A DNA stretch of 64,000 bases from Calcarisporiella thermophila CBS 279.70 (GCF_041956535.1 NW_027192191.1:495267-559266), one strand, 5' to 3'; positions 37,173 through 49,601 are shown, numbered from the stretch's first letter. Notes: generated by a model not told the origin, from the sequence alone. Program-made: numbers and translations.

Positions 37173-37399
37173 CCCTACAAAAAACTCGCACGGTGAAAAT
37201 TGCTAGAAAACGTATAAAAGCATGTAGAAAAGATGGAGAACGTTTTCGATTCCTCAAAATTTTTTCCTTTCACCTACTTTTTACGAAATTTATAATGGGA
37301 GAGGAGTCTACAAATTATATTGAAATTGCTAAAAATTTATAGGGAATCGCGAATGTTCTCCATGCTTCTATACGTTTTTTCCGGGTGGTTTTTGTAGTG
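37173..37399. mobile_element. Non-autonomous CACTA (CMC-EnSpm)-type MITE, 227 bp
   Basis: Left end CCCTACAAAAAA and right end TTTTTGTAGTG (reverse complement CACTACAAAAA). Long imperfect sub-terminal inverted repeats (aaaacgtataaaagcatg...ggagaacgttttcgattcc versus ggaatcgcgaatgttctccatgcttctatacgtttt). 3-bp target-site duplication ATA on both sides. Confidence 0.8.
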
Positions 37400-37602
37400 A
37401 TAAATGCATTATACTCTCCAGCGTTGGCTAGATAAAGTATTTTCAGTTAAATATTTAGCTGGAACTGAATTAGCTAATCAAATCATTATTTAGACATTTT
37501 TCAGAAATACCAAATTAACCATTTATTTCCTATACAAAGGGCATCAAAATAGATATACATTAAATACATTGCTCAGTAATCCAACAACCATGGAGTATGA
37601 TA

Positions 37603-38508
37603 TCACCTTCTCCTCCACCTCCACCACCTACACCACCAGTAATTAGATTGTGATATTGAGGCTAGTGCATCGAGGGCATTTGATGCCATGGGGTGGTTGG
37701 CTCCCAGAGCATTATCTCGGATCACTCGTGTTTTATAGTAGAGTTTTCTTGTCTTGCCAGCATTTCGTTGTTGTTTCTGTAGTTCGCAAAGACATTGCCC
37801 AGCACATATATCAGGCTCAACGTTTAATTTAGCTAATATGCTTAGATATTCAAGTAAATTTGGTTGTTCGCACCCTACACACTTATTCTGAATTGCCATG
37901 GCCCCTAGAAAAATATCCACCGCCCTCCAATAGTCATCTCCCTCTCCAATAATCTCTCCCTGTTCTTTTAGATATATCGGCGACTTTGAATAATCAAACC
38001 CCAGGTATTTTTCAATGAGTTCTAGCCCCTTCCGGTACAGCTGTCCTGCTTCGTTCCTTTTACCTTGTTTCGAGTAGAGTCCAGCAATTCGATCCAGTAA
38101 ATACAATATATACAAGTGATCACTCCCTGACAATTTCTCCTGTATGATCATTGCTTTTTTATACATCTTTTCCGCTTCAATATACTTTCCTTGCCTAGCG
38201 TAAAATTTTGCCAATTGGTCTAAAGAATAAAGGGTATTCGGGTGATCATGGCCAAATGCATTCGCCTGGATTTCCATTGCCCTCAGCAATAACGGCTCGG
38301 CTTTGTCATAGCTACCTCGTTCGATATAAAATTCGGCTAAATAGTAAAAAAATTCTACAGTATCCGGGTGCTCATATCCTACCGCCTTCTCTTGAGACTC
38401 GAGTATTCCTCTATATAGGCTTTCTGCTTTGTCATAGTCGCCTTGAAGCATATAGAATCTGGCCAACTTTTCCGGGGAGCAGATAATGATTGGATAAACA
38501 GATACCAT
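37603..38508 (-). CDS. Stand-alone TPR protein related to the NLR repeat domain (no NB-ARC)
   Basis: Open ORF of 42-aa TPRs (GYEHPDTVEFFYYLAEFYIERGSYDKAEPLLLRAMEIQ) that degenerate toward the C-terminus and end NYWWCRWWRWRRR. Confidence 0.7.
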   Translation of the reverse strand: MVSVYPIIICSPEKLARFYMLQGDYDKAESLYRGILESQEKAVGYEHPDTVEFFYYLAEFYIERGSYDKAEPLLLRAMEIQANAFGHDHPNTLYSLDQLAKFYARQGKYIEAEKMYKKAMIIQEKLSGSDHLYILYLLDRIAGLYSKQGKRNEAGQLYRKGLELIEKYLGFDYSKSPIYLKEQGEIIGEGDDYWRAVDIFLGAMAIQNKCVGCEQPNLLEYLSILAKLNVEPDICAGQCLCELQKQQRNAGKTRKLYYKTRVIRDNALGANHPMASNALDALASISQSNYWWCRWWRWRRR

Positions 38509-39783
38509 CAATTCCTCCTTATTCCCCAATAAAAATACAGTCAATCAGTAAACAACAGCTTTTCAGCCTCAAATTGATAATTAGTGCACACAGCAAATAG
38601 CCTTATGTTATAATCCGCTGAAGACTAGAGAGAGCGATAAGGAGATTTAGAGCCTCTACCAAGTGAAGGTTATATAGATATGGATAGAGATATTCGAGTA
38701 ATTTTAAGGTTAAACACAATGAGGTTATTGTTTCGACCTTAAAAAAGCGGAGCTAAAGTATTTTGTATAACGAGATGTAACCTAAGCAAGAGACGAAACT
38801 CTGATGAACTCTTCACCCCTTTAAATATAATTTAATATCATCAGTTAATTCCAAACACTGATGATCAGAGGAGCTATTTTGATTCTTTTCGTAAGAAGCT
38901 TGGTTCTATTTTATTGAGTTTGATCTAACTCGAAGCAAATTAAAAAGCGAAATGATATTTCTATCAGAGATAGAGTGCTCAAATAGATTAATTCACGTTC
39001 TGCAAGAAGTTGCTCTATAAGATTGTACCAAGCCTCAATCCAGCATACGGAATAGTCTGAAGTTTATACTATATACTGCGAGTACTATATCTAAACAGAT
39101 TTCAGTTTTTTTGGATAGTCCTTTCGGTTCATTGGAAAATTTCGTGCTCCGTTTGAAGGGGGATCCTTGTAGCTCAAGCATCAAACTGTTAAAAAAATTA
39201 ACGCAACGCCAGAGGTATTTTTTTTCTATTTGCTCTACGTATATGATAAAATTATTAACTTTACAGAGTGAAAAGGAGGAGGAGGGAAGCCATTTTTTTG
39301 GTCTGGTGACTTGAGAATTTAAAATATGCTTATATCAAAATTCAAAAGTAAATGATAGAGTCACAGCGAGAGCAAATTGTAGGATTGATGAGATAGACGC
39401 CACTAATCAACTGAGCAATTTACTACCGCTTATTCTGCCATTGGCTCTAATTAATTTTTCTCGAGCGCAAAAGTTATATTCGGCTTAGAAGATAACATTA
39501 ATCAATATTCATATTGGCAAGCTTATTTATCACTGAATTATTATTAAATGTTAAATAACTTGAAAATGATGTTAATCGCACACTAGGTCTATACCAATTG
39601 GTTATTATATATTGATTAAATATATATGATATTGCCAATTGACTTTTTCATCTCTTTATATTTGAAAGGGAGCTGAGAAATGGAAAGATGAGTTAAAGTA
39701 TTTTTCTTATACTCGTTGCTTCTCTCAGAAATCCATCAGATAAAGAGACACTGTACATGAGCACCTTAATGTATTGTTACATT

Positions 39784-42095
39784 TTATTTATTGGAAGGAT
39801 AGAGTACGATTCTTCTCCACCAAGTAGAATCATATTCGTATGAAATAGCCTGGCGAGTCCGGAATGTTTCAGAATGCGAGCGCCCCAGCACACTCACTTG
39901 TATCACAAGCACGCGTTCATAAAGCATATCAGCTTCGTCATATTTTCCTTGGAAGCGGTTCGCTTTCGCTAAATTAGTCAAAGAAGCCACCGTATCAATG
40001 TGGTCGGACCCCAAAATTTTCTCTCGGATTTCAAGAGCTATCTTGAACAATGTTTCTGCAGTCCTGTAGTGACCTCGGATGAAATAGACGACTGCCAAGT
40101 TATCCACCGACACGGCGGTTCTCAAGTGCTCGCGACCAAGCGTTTTCTCTAGAATATCCACTCCTCGCTCTAAAAGAGGAATTGCCTTATCATACTCCCC
40201 CTCGGAACAATAGAATACCGCGAGATTATTCAAAGGAGCAACCTTATCCAGCTGTGTTTGACCCAGGTGCCTCCCTATAATTGTTAGCGACCGTTTGAAT
40301 AGCGCCTCGACTTTATTACTTCTACCCGTCTGGCTATAAATAATGGCTGTACAATTCAGTAGGATTGCTATATTTGGGTGGTTATGTCCTAGCGAAACTT
40401 CCTGACTAGCAAGCAATCGCTGAATGATCGGCTCTGCCTTGTAATAGTATCTTTGCTCGAGATATACAATGGCCAAATTGATCAGAGAAATTGAAGTATT
40501 CGGATGCTCCGCCCCATATAGCAAATCTGAGATATACAAGGTGAGGAGTGCAAGATGTTCCAAGCCAAAATAGAATCCATGGCTTATCTGATAGGAAACT
40601 GTGTGTATAAGAAGGCTGACCAATTGTTTAGAAATAATCGGTGCTTGGCTTAGAGTCTCGAGCACAGTGATGTATTGGTGAATATGGGGGAGATAATTTT
40701 TCATCATCGCTTGAAGATGGCCGGCACTGGAGAAGGAAACTTCATTATTGAGTGCCTCAGCTATATTCCATGCCACCCGTAGCCTATTCTCATGTTTCAT
40801 TAGCTCAAACATGGCCTTCTGAATGGCCCTAGGTACTGTGATTGTCTTTATTCGAGTGCCCCTCTCTTTCTCGCTTTCTTCCCCGATAGAACCGATGAAA
40901 ACGACAGAGAATAGCGACAAAGAAAAAGCAGCTGATTCAATAAGTCTTGGCATCAACCCAGCTTCTACATTTTGTAATAAGGAGGTTTCATGAAATATAT
41001 CGAATTCCAGAGCAGAATGTTGTTTTTCGAAGAGTCGTAGCGGAATTGCATCGGGTTTTAGAAAAACAGAAGTTTCGAGGATGGGCAAGGTCAAAGGATT
41101 AAGTGTCCTAAGTCTCTCCAGTGAAATCCTTAGCGTCTTTGCAACTATACGCTCATATCTAATAGGCCTATCGCCAGCTTGACAGAAGAGAGGAGGTTCT
41201 GGGCTATCTCTGATTTTGTTGAGGTATTGTTGAAATGAATACACGATGCTTTTATTAATATGTGCTCGTGCAAGTGCGATCGCTAAGGGTATTCGGTCGA
41301 GTTCATCAACAATTTCACGAGCGACGTTCATTATTGCAATATTGTTTCTGATTAGCGAAGGTTGAAGCAGGAGTTCAATGGCCTCATATTCTTCCATCTT
41401 ATCCACGCGAATAGTGCTTGCCTCTTCTGGAGAATTGTCATCGCGAGTGGTCACAATGATATTCCCACCACAAGATGGCAATAGTTCGAACAATTTCTTG
41501 CTCGTGATAGTATCGAGATCGTCCAAAAGAAGAAGCCATTTCCTCCTTTCATTGAGCCAGGAGAAAACCCAACGGATCTTGTCCTCGGAAAATTCCAAAC
41601 TGTTGCAGCCAAGCTTGTGTGCTAGCCTATTGAAACCATCAAGGGCAGATGTCCAACTGCCAATACTTAGCCAAAATATATATTTGTATTGATGGCGATT
41701 TCGATGACAGTAGTGGAGCGTCAGTTGGGTTTTGCCCATTCCGCCGTGCCCACTTAGTACTAGGGTCCTGCTTCTACCCGGAAGTAGTTTCCTCTCAAAT
41801 GTCTCTTCCATTTGTCTCATAAGAATGGGTCGCTCGACGTAATCTTGGCTCAGCTGGAAAGCACCGTATGAATAATTAAATATTTTAGGGGCAGATTCCG
41901 ACTTTACTAGAAAATCACAACTAGAGAAGGATTCTGTAAGACGTTTACTATGAAATTAGTTGAAACCAATCTAATTCCTAAGAATGGCCACCTACCATGA
42001 TCCACGATGAAGTCACTTGAGGTTGTATTTTCTGGATTTGCCACCACGTTGTCAGCAGGGCTAGTCTCTTGAGTGAGAACTGTTTGTGAAGCCAT
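39784..42095 (-). CDS. NLR2: intact fungal NLR (short N-terminal exon + NB-ARC + about 5-6 TPRs)
   Basis: Exon 1 (41996-42095) and intron 41907-41995 splice in frame to the 678-aa ORF. P-loop GHGGMGKT, LLLLDDLD, IIVTTR, RIPLAI, then TPRs. Ends STWWRRIVLYPSNK. Confidence 0.9.
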
Positions 42096-44479
42096 CTTGT
42101 AGATGATGATAGGAAAGGCTGAGAATCTATAGGTATTAGCCAGGTTAGTGCGGAAGCCTCCAGTGTATTAAATAGATGCTATCATGCGCTGCTGTGGCCA
42201 ATAGTGCATAATCCGATTCTGGAGAGGAAAAATAGAAGCACTTCACCCGGCTTTTTTTATTGCTGTGTCCTGCTGAAACCGTTCCCAGCTCGCCCGTCGC
42301 ATAGAAAACATGGGAGAGACTGAAGTTAAGGTTGGCTGAGCCTTAACCTTTAGACAAATGTCGTCTGCCGTCTATTGGTCGACTGGTTCTCGTCCCCCAT
42401 AGCACACCCATCCGATTCAGCCAAGTTGTCCTCGAGCTTCTCAAAGCAGAGGTTGCGTCTAATCTTAGTGGATGGGCCCCTCGGTGGCCAATGTCTCCTC
42501 GCAGAAGGTTAAGCTCCATCTTCTTTTTCTCTGATCGATGCCCGTGAGTAGAGCTATAGGCAACAGACCACCTTGTGTAATATCCGATTTATTATTCTAT
42601 AGAGTGTACCCGTGTCATGTATATTCCCATTGAGCAAATCAATAGAGTGCCGTAATTCATCCCGAATTCTAAGCGATTTGAGTCCTCTAATTCAATACAG
42701 CGATGGAGAATCGTGGGATACACTAGGAATTTTCAAAGTAACACTAATCCTCCATCAAACGTATTAATAACCTAGAAGTGCGATGAATATTCAAGTATTA
42801 TTTCAAGCATTATTTATCCAATATCAATCAATCGAAGAGTGTGCATTCCTGCTATGGTTTTCATTTCAAACCCATTTCGATAGAAGCTCGATAATCTGGC
42901 CCAGGGAATAAATCTAGTTGCCGAGTATGTCGACTATCTGATAGACCTATGCTTGTTACTCTCTTATTTTTGTGAAGCCCTAATTATATTTCCTCATCTA
43001 TCTAATAAAAAAATGTATTCATTCAAAACTTCTAAACATAAGGGAATGAATCATGCCCTAATTGTGGCGTTCACAAGCTATTGCATCGGGAGAGGATATA
43101 AATGTATATAGGTGTAAAATGTAGAAACAGAGTAGCCAGATTAGCAGCAACATCATGTTCAAATGGTCAAGGAGAGGATAAATAGAGCAGTATTCAAGGA
43201 TAGCGCAACCCCATGAAACAGTTCATGTGGCCGTTATAATATTGCAATAAAACTATGATATAACAGATATCCTAAAAATTTGACTGTTACCGACTTTCCT
43301 CCACCTGAAAATCATAATGACCAGCTTATAATGGTATATTTCTAATTCGCAATCTTTGACAAAATTCAGAGGCGAGTAATTTCTTTGTTGCATGTCGAAA
43401 ACCAAACTTACATGATTGTATCCCTGTACTCTCAGGCTTACAAGTACAATGACTTAGCAAGAGCTATATCCTTACATGCAGTAAATAATTCGAGAGCTTT
43501 TCCAGCAGTTGAAGGCTCTTTCGCCCTGCATTCACTCTTTCGCTCGGGAACTCAATACTTTTTACAAAAGGGGGTGGGTTTATAATGTTTAAAAATAATA
43601 TGAAAATTAAACGCTGGAAAACCGCCTGAGTGAAGTATCTCTATAGTTTCTTTTTGTGTATAGTCACTAAGGTATAATCTATGAAGATATGGTATTAGTG
43701 ACAAAATACTAGAGTTTGATGGAATAAAAGCTGGGACGGTTAGAAGAAATTCCAAATTAGCTGAACAAATAGATTAAGATTGAACTTCAACGATGTATTA
43801 AACTCGTAAACAATGAGTATACTACACAATTAATCATGTTTGCTTCGGCTGATGCAATATTAGTCAAAGTTGAATTTTCATCGATCCTCGACTAAGAATG
43901 GCCGAAAAAATATAAAATATTGTTATAATTTGGCCGGATCAGATCATTGTTATTCTTTCATTTTCTATTCCGCTAAGAAGTGAGTTAATTAAGACTTTAG
44001 GATTATTATTTTTTTCGAACATCTTGGAGCAACTCTGTTCCAAAACACTTAATAGGCTGCTAATAGAAATGTAATAAAATCAAGTCATTTTGTATACTAT
44101 CACATGATATGATAGGTTTTAAGGGTTAAGTTAAACGTTAAAACAAAAACACAGTTCCTGACTGACTGACATAGCTGCCGCGAAAATAAACAAGTGTGTA
44201 AGTACCTTGTACTAGAGATAAACAATTAATACCGGAAGGCTCCATTTCATCTCTTCCTCATCGCATCGTCTTTTTTCATCTTTTTCATCGATTTTTTTTT
44301 TTTTCATCTATTAGCTTGGTTTAGACCGAACTAATAAAAGCACAGGGTAAATAATTCCGATGAAATTCTTTGCGCTTGACGTTTTGTTCAAGAAACACAG
44401 AGCAGTTTCATCCGCATTTTTAAATTATTATCCTCTAATCTATGGCTTATAAAATTCCACCGATTTCATAATATAGATA

Positions 44480-46668
44480 ATGTCATCCGAAAGTTACCCC
44501 GCAAGTTCCGCTCTTGAAATGCTAACAGATCCGAAGGCTCGCTATAAGCGCATTTTCCAAAAATATGGATCCGTAGAGCGAGATGGCGAGCGTTTTATGA
44601 CACAGGATGATTTCGTGGCTGCGATCGCTGGGGATGATCCCAAGATTCAACACGAGCAATTCGCACTTCTATTCCGATTTGCCGATCGCAGCCATCGGGG
44701 GCTCGTTTCCACTGATGATTTCGCATATTTTGAGCAGCAGATATTGACAAAACCAGATGTGGAATACGAGATTGCATTCCGGTTATTTGACACCCAGAAT
44801 ACTGGCAAGATTACCTTTGGACAGTTTAAGCAAGCCCTTTCATCATTTTTGGCTCCTGGCTCAGCACCGATCGACTTCAACAGTGATTGGATGCGGATGT
44901 TTGTTGGCGGAGGAAAGAAGGCCGAAGATGCAGACAGCCGTACGCTGACTTATGGGGAATTCTCACAACTTCTCAAGGGCCTGCAAGGGGAGCGTCTTCG
45001 CCAACAGTTCAAACGCCACGACCCCGAGGGCACCGGGTTCATCTCCCCTGAGTCCTTCCAGCAGATTATTTCGGATGTAGCTCGACACAAACTTTCCGAC
45101 TACGTTATCGAGCGCCTGCCGACTATCTCCCAGGTGTGTCCCGACGGAATAGGCTATGCGCACGTACTCGCCTTCCATAATGTGATTCGGCAGCTAGACC
45201 AGATAGAGCGGATCTTACGCGAGGCGATAACAGCGAGCCGGGACGGGCGAATCACTAAGCGCGAATTTATGGAGGCAGCCGCTCGTTCCACTCGATTCTC
45301 TATGATCACGCCTCTCGAGGCCGATGTTATCTTCCATTTTGCGGGGTATGATGTGAAGGACGCCAGACTAAACCTACGAGACTTTGCTCGGCTTCTCGAT
45401 CCGGCGTGGCGGCCACGCGTTGTTGCCGAGGAAGTGAAACTGCCGAAAAAGGAGCCTAAAGGTTTCCTGTGGGATTTGCTTGAGAGTGCACATTCTTTTG
45501 CTCTCGGATCCATTGCCGGTGCGGTCGGCGCAACCGTCGTTTACCCGATCGATCTCGTGAAGACTCGCATGCAAAACCAGCGGTCAAAAGTAGTGGGAGA
45601 AATTTTGTACAAGAATAGCTGGGACTGTTTCAAGAAAGTCGTTAAGAATGAGGGGCTGCTGGGTTTGTATCGTGGGCTTGGACCGCAGCTTGTGGTATGC
45701 TTCTCATCCGTTTAGCGGGCAATTCGTATTTCGCTTATTCTGATTCGAGATACTCAATGTTTGATTGCTTTTTCTTTTATTAAGGGTGTTGCTCCAGAAA
45801 AAGCAATCAAACTGACGGTAAACGACCTTGTGCGTGGCAAGCTGAAGAACAAGGATACCGGTGAAATTTGGTGGGGCTACGAGGTGATTGCTGGTGGTAC
45901 GGCTGGTGGTTGCCAAGTGGTAAGTTGGATGAATGCATATAGTTCTTAACAGGCCCAAAATATTCACCGGCTCCATCACGAAACTAGATTTTCACGAACC
46001 CTCTCGAAATAGTAAAAATTCGCCTCCAGATTCAGGGTGAAATGGCCAAACACATTGAGGGTGTGCCAAAGCGCTCGGCGACCTGGATTGTGCGAAATCT
46101 AGGTATTGTGGGTCTCTATAAGGGTGCAAGTGCATGTCTCTTGCGCGATATTCCCTTCTCAGCCATTTATTTCCCCGCCTACGCACACCTTAAACGCGAT
46201 GTCTTCCACGAGGGTCGCGACGGCAAGAAGCTCTCCATTGGCGAGCTGCTTTTGTCGGGTGGTATTGCGGGTATGCCGGCTGCTTATTTGACCACTCCGG
46301 CTGATGTTATCAAGACACGTCTTCAAGTGGAGGCAAGAAAAGGTCAGACCACTTACAGCGGCATTACGGATGCGGCGCGAAAAATCATGAGAGAAGAAGG
46401 GTTCCGCGCCTTCTTCAAAGGCGGAGTTGCCCGCGTCTTGCGCTCATCGCCGCAGTTCGCCACAACGTTGATGGTGTATGAGCTGTTGCAGAAATGGCTC
46501 CCATTGAAGACAGAGGCTGTGGAGAAAGTGATCTCGCCCGAGATGCGCGCAGACTCGGATCTAGGCCCCTTGCGATCCAGGAATGCTATTCGCACCCTCC
46601 TAGATCTTGATTATCGATTTGGGGTTGTGCCGCAAGGAGTGAAAATGCCTAATGTTGGAAAAGCATAG
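44480..46668 (+). CDS. AGC1: Ca2+-binding mitochondrial aspartate/glutamate carrier (Aralar/citrin type), 3 exons
   Basis: N-terminal EF-hands ([28 protein letters not shown]) and three carrier signatures ([30 protein letters not shown]). Confidence 0.95.
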
Positions 46669-47104
46669 CATTTTTATTTTCCTCCCCAAGCATAGAATTT
46701 TTTACATTTTGATTTTAGGAAAAAAATTTTTAATGCTTATAATATTTTCTTGAGTGTTCTCCTCAAAATATTTTTGGTGTTTTTTCTTTGGATGGACAAA
46801 GGAGCGTCAATATTATTTCACAAGGGTTGTTTGTCTTCGCATTAGATACCATTTATTGCTTTTTAACATTTCCCCCCTTTTAGAATCTATAGAGCAAAAA
46901 ACTAAAACACGCTCCTTTAGTTTATCGATGACTTTATCCTTTGAGCTTGCCTTTTCCTTATATTTTTTGTCGAATATACAATCGAGACTGGGAAATGGCT
47001 GTAACTGTTTTATTTTATTTTATTTTATTTGGGAACCACAGCGGAGTAAGTTAATTTTCTGATATATCTACAACAAAATCCAATGTTCTCTTTCATTAAG
47101 CCTC

Positions 47105-48553
47105 TCATCTCCTCCGCCTCACGGTACCGGATCGAGTCTCCCACATATTCTCGATCTCTCTTGCCGCCTTTCTAGACCCCTCCTGAGCACCACTTCTTCC
47201 TTTCTCATCGGGATCACCTTTAAATGCCCACACATCATGCTCTCCAAACGAACTCATGGCGTCTAAATATTTTCCATCACCAATGCTCGTTTCTACTTGC
47301 CCTTTCACCCTATCTGATACCGGTCGAAATTTTCTCGTGAGCTTTTTCTCTTTTAGCAGCTTGTGAAAGAGCGCGTTTGCACCCTTTGAAGATGATTGAT
47401 ATGCTATATACACAGGCTTCTTTGCCGCAACGGCATCGGACACCATTGAAGGGGAATCCGCAGAAACTACAACGCGGTCGGCAATCGCGAGGGCTGCCAT
47501 ATAAGCTCGGGGGTCTCCATCTTTGGCATCAACGCTCAATGTTTTTACCCTGGATGCGTCTCGACTTCCGAGTTCTGACAATCCCCTTGAGATTATCCCT
47601 CTAACATTGGACGGGGTCCTATCGGTATATACTACAAGTACACGCGCACTATGCTGCTCCACCAGTGTATTGATAGCCCGACTTAATCTTTCTATCTGCT
47701 TTGAGTCGTAATTGCATTCGCGCGTAGGGCCACCAAGCAAAAAGGTTACCAAGGGGGCAGTCTGGTCTCGTTTGAGAAACTGCGTAGGTAAAGCAAGCCA
47801 ATCCGATTTGTGGACATCTTGTGATGCAACCGCGAGACTCTGCGGATTAACTACGGAGAGGGGGAGCTCGGTGCGAATGAGATTCCTTTGAGACGCCATT
47901 GGGCCGTATTTAATGAGCCGACCAAATACTTCAAAGCTGGGTAGAATGACCGCGCCAAAATATAGGAAGGGTAAGGGGGGGAAGCGTAAATAGACAGAGA
48001 AGGTTTCCCTACTAAGCTTTGTTGCAGTCAAACACGCAGGAACGGACTCACGCCCCGATGCTAGCACATAACGCGGGAAGGGCTGAGAAAGGGTGTCACC
48101 GCGTGGAGAATAAAGATACCATGGTAACTTCTCTACACACAGATACCCAAGATAGGATGAGCCTACGCATTCTCCCGAAGAAACAGCAGGATAAATGTTT
48201 ACCTACCATTGATTTTCTTTCCTTTGAGTGAAGAGCTCACATCAATTAACCATTTCTGGAATATGGAGGGCAACCATTGCAGAGCTGGAAAATCATCAAT
48301 ACAAAATTACTCGAAATGACGACTATATACAAGTCCGGAAATTCTTACATTTCCTCAAGTATATACGTTTAATCTCGAATGGGAGATTCAGTTCCTTTGC
48401 AAGCGCAACGCATTGTCTTTCCGAATCTGCAAATCCATCGCTCAAGATCCATGTCTTAGGTTGCGAAGAAATGGGACGCTTTGCAAGGAATAGGCGAGAA
48501 ATGAAGTTCGATCTACGAGGTATATATATCGCAGAGCGATAGGAGGCGTACAT
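47105..48553 (-). CDS. Mito_fiss_Elm1 (ELM1/DUF1022)-family protein; multi-exon
   Basis: WILSDGFADSERQCVALAKEL, FLLGGPT and YMAALAIADRVVVSADSPSMVSDAVAAKKPVY match the family motifs. The N-terminus is basic and free of acidic residues. Confidence 0.75.
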
Positions 48554-48765
48554 TGCTTCGGGAATCCTATGAGCCAAGCTGTCTGCCTCGATTAAGCAAT
48601 ATCAATCAACAAATGGCGCAGCAATTTAGATTAAAGGGGGAAATCTTTTTACGTGTTTTTTTGGACATATTCTTGTGGGATTTGAGCTAATGGACATTTA
48701 ATTCCATTTTTTTCTTTTCGAATGATTGAAAGTTTTATCGCGCGATCAGAGTCAGAGTGTAAATA

Positions 48766-49601
48766 ATGGCACACCGCTCCACTCGACGCGGGCTTTTTTC
48801 CTCGGCGACGCCTAGCAATCCGGACCCTACCAATTCAAATACCAATCCCAATAGCTCATTCTCATTCAATCTCTCACAAAACTCCTTCTCTCTTTCGCCA
48901 AATACCCCCACGAATGTACCTTCATCCTCCAACCCAAATGGCCGGCACCATCTACGTTCCCCCTCCTTTTCACTAGCACCTGCCGCTTCCATTTCTTCGC
49001 CGTCGCCACGGCCAGGTCGGGAAGCAAGACAGAGACTACAGATTAGCAGACATTACCCAAGTGCAGTAGATAGCTCTCCGCCAGATATAACCAACATAGT
49101 GACTCCTGTGGCGAGAATTAAGTCAGAAATGAGTGGTTCGCGAGATATGGAAGGGGATGAAGAGGGTGAAGAGTGTAGAGCGCTAGGAGAGCAACTTTCG
49201 GCTGGAGGCGCTTTACGGCTAGAGAGTAAGTGTTGTCGCAGAGCTCTATAGGGTCAGACGGAATCGTTATTTATGATGTATACGTTGCTAGTGTTAGAAG
49301 ACTGGAGTTCAGTTGCACATATCGTTGAAACAGAGTCAGAGCTTCGCGATCGCACAAGAGAAGGTAAATTGCTCAGTTGGTACTTTTTCTGGAGTTCCCC
49401 TGACATTCCATCCGTATTTACAATACCAATCAATTTATGTGTTCAATAGATATGGTAGAAGATGTTGTGGACCGGCTACGAAATATAGTGGGCAATTTGG
49501 ATAACGACGCCTGGATGTTTTCTTCCAAATACAATCCCTCTATTCCTCTGGATATGTCATTGACGGACATGGGGGCGAAAGAGATGCCTTTTCTTAGATA
49601 A
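48766..49601 (+). CDS. Small disordered protein, APC16 (ANAPC16)-like; 3 exons
   Basis: The spliced product has RRGLF near the N-terminus, then LEMLEDWS and VDRLRNIVGNLDNDAWMF. These parallel RKALF, GEMLEDGS and MEKLAGLVEELEADEWRF of animal APC16 as I recall them. Confidence 0.5.

Noticed and set aside
42290-42560. GC-richer patch with a small hairpin upstream of NLR2
   Set aside because: No TIR/TSD or recognisable ORF; cannot be supported as a feature.
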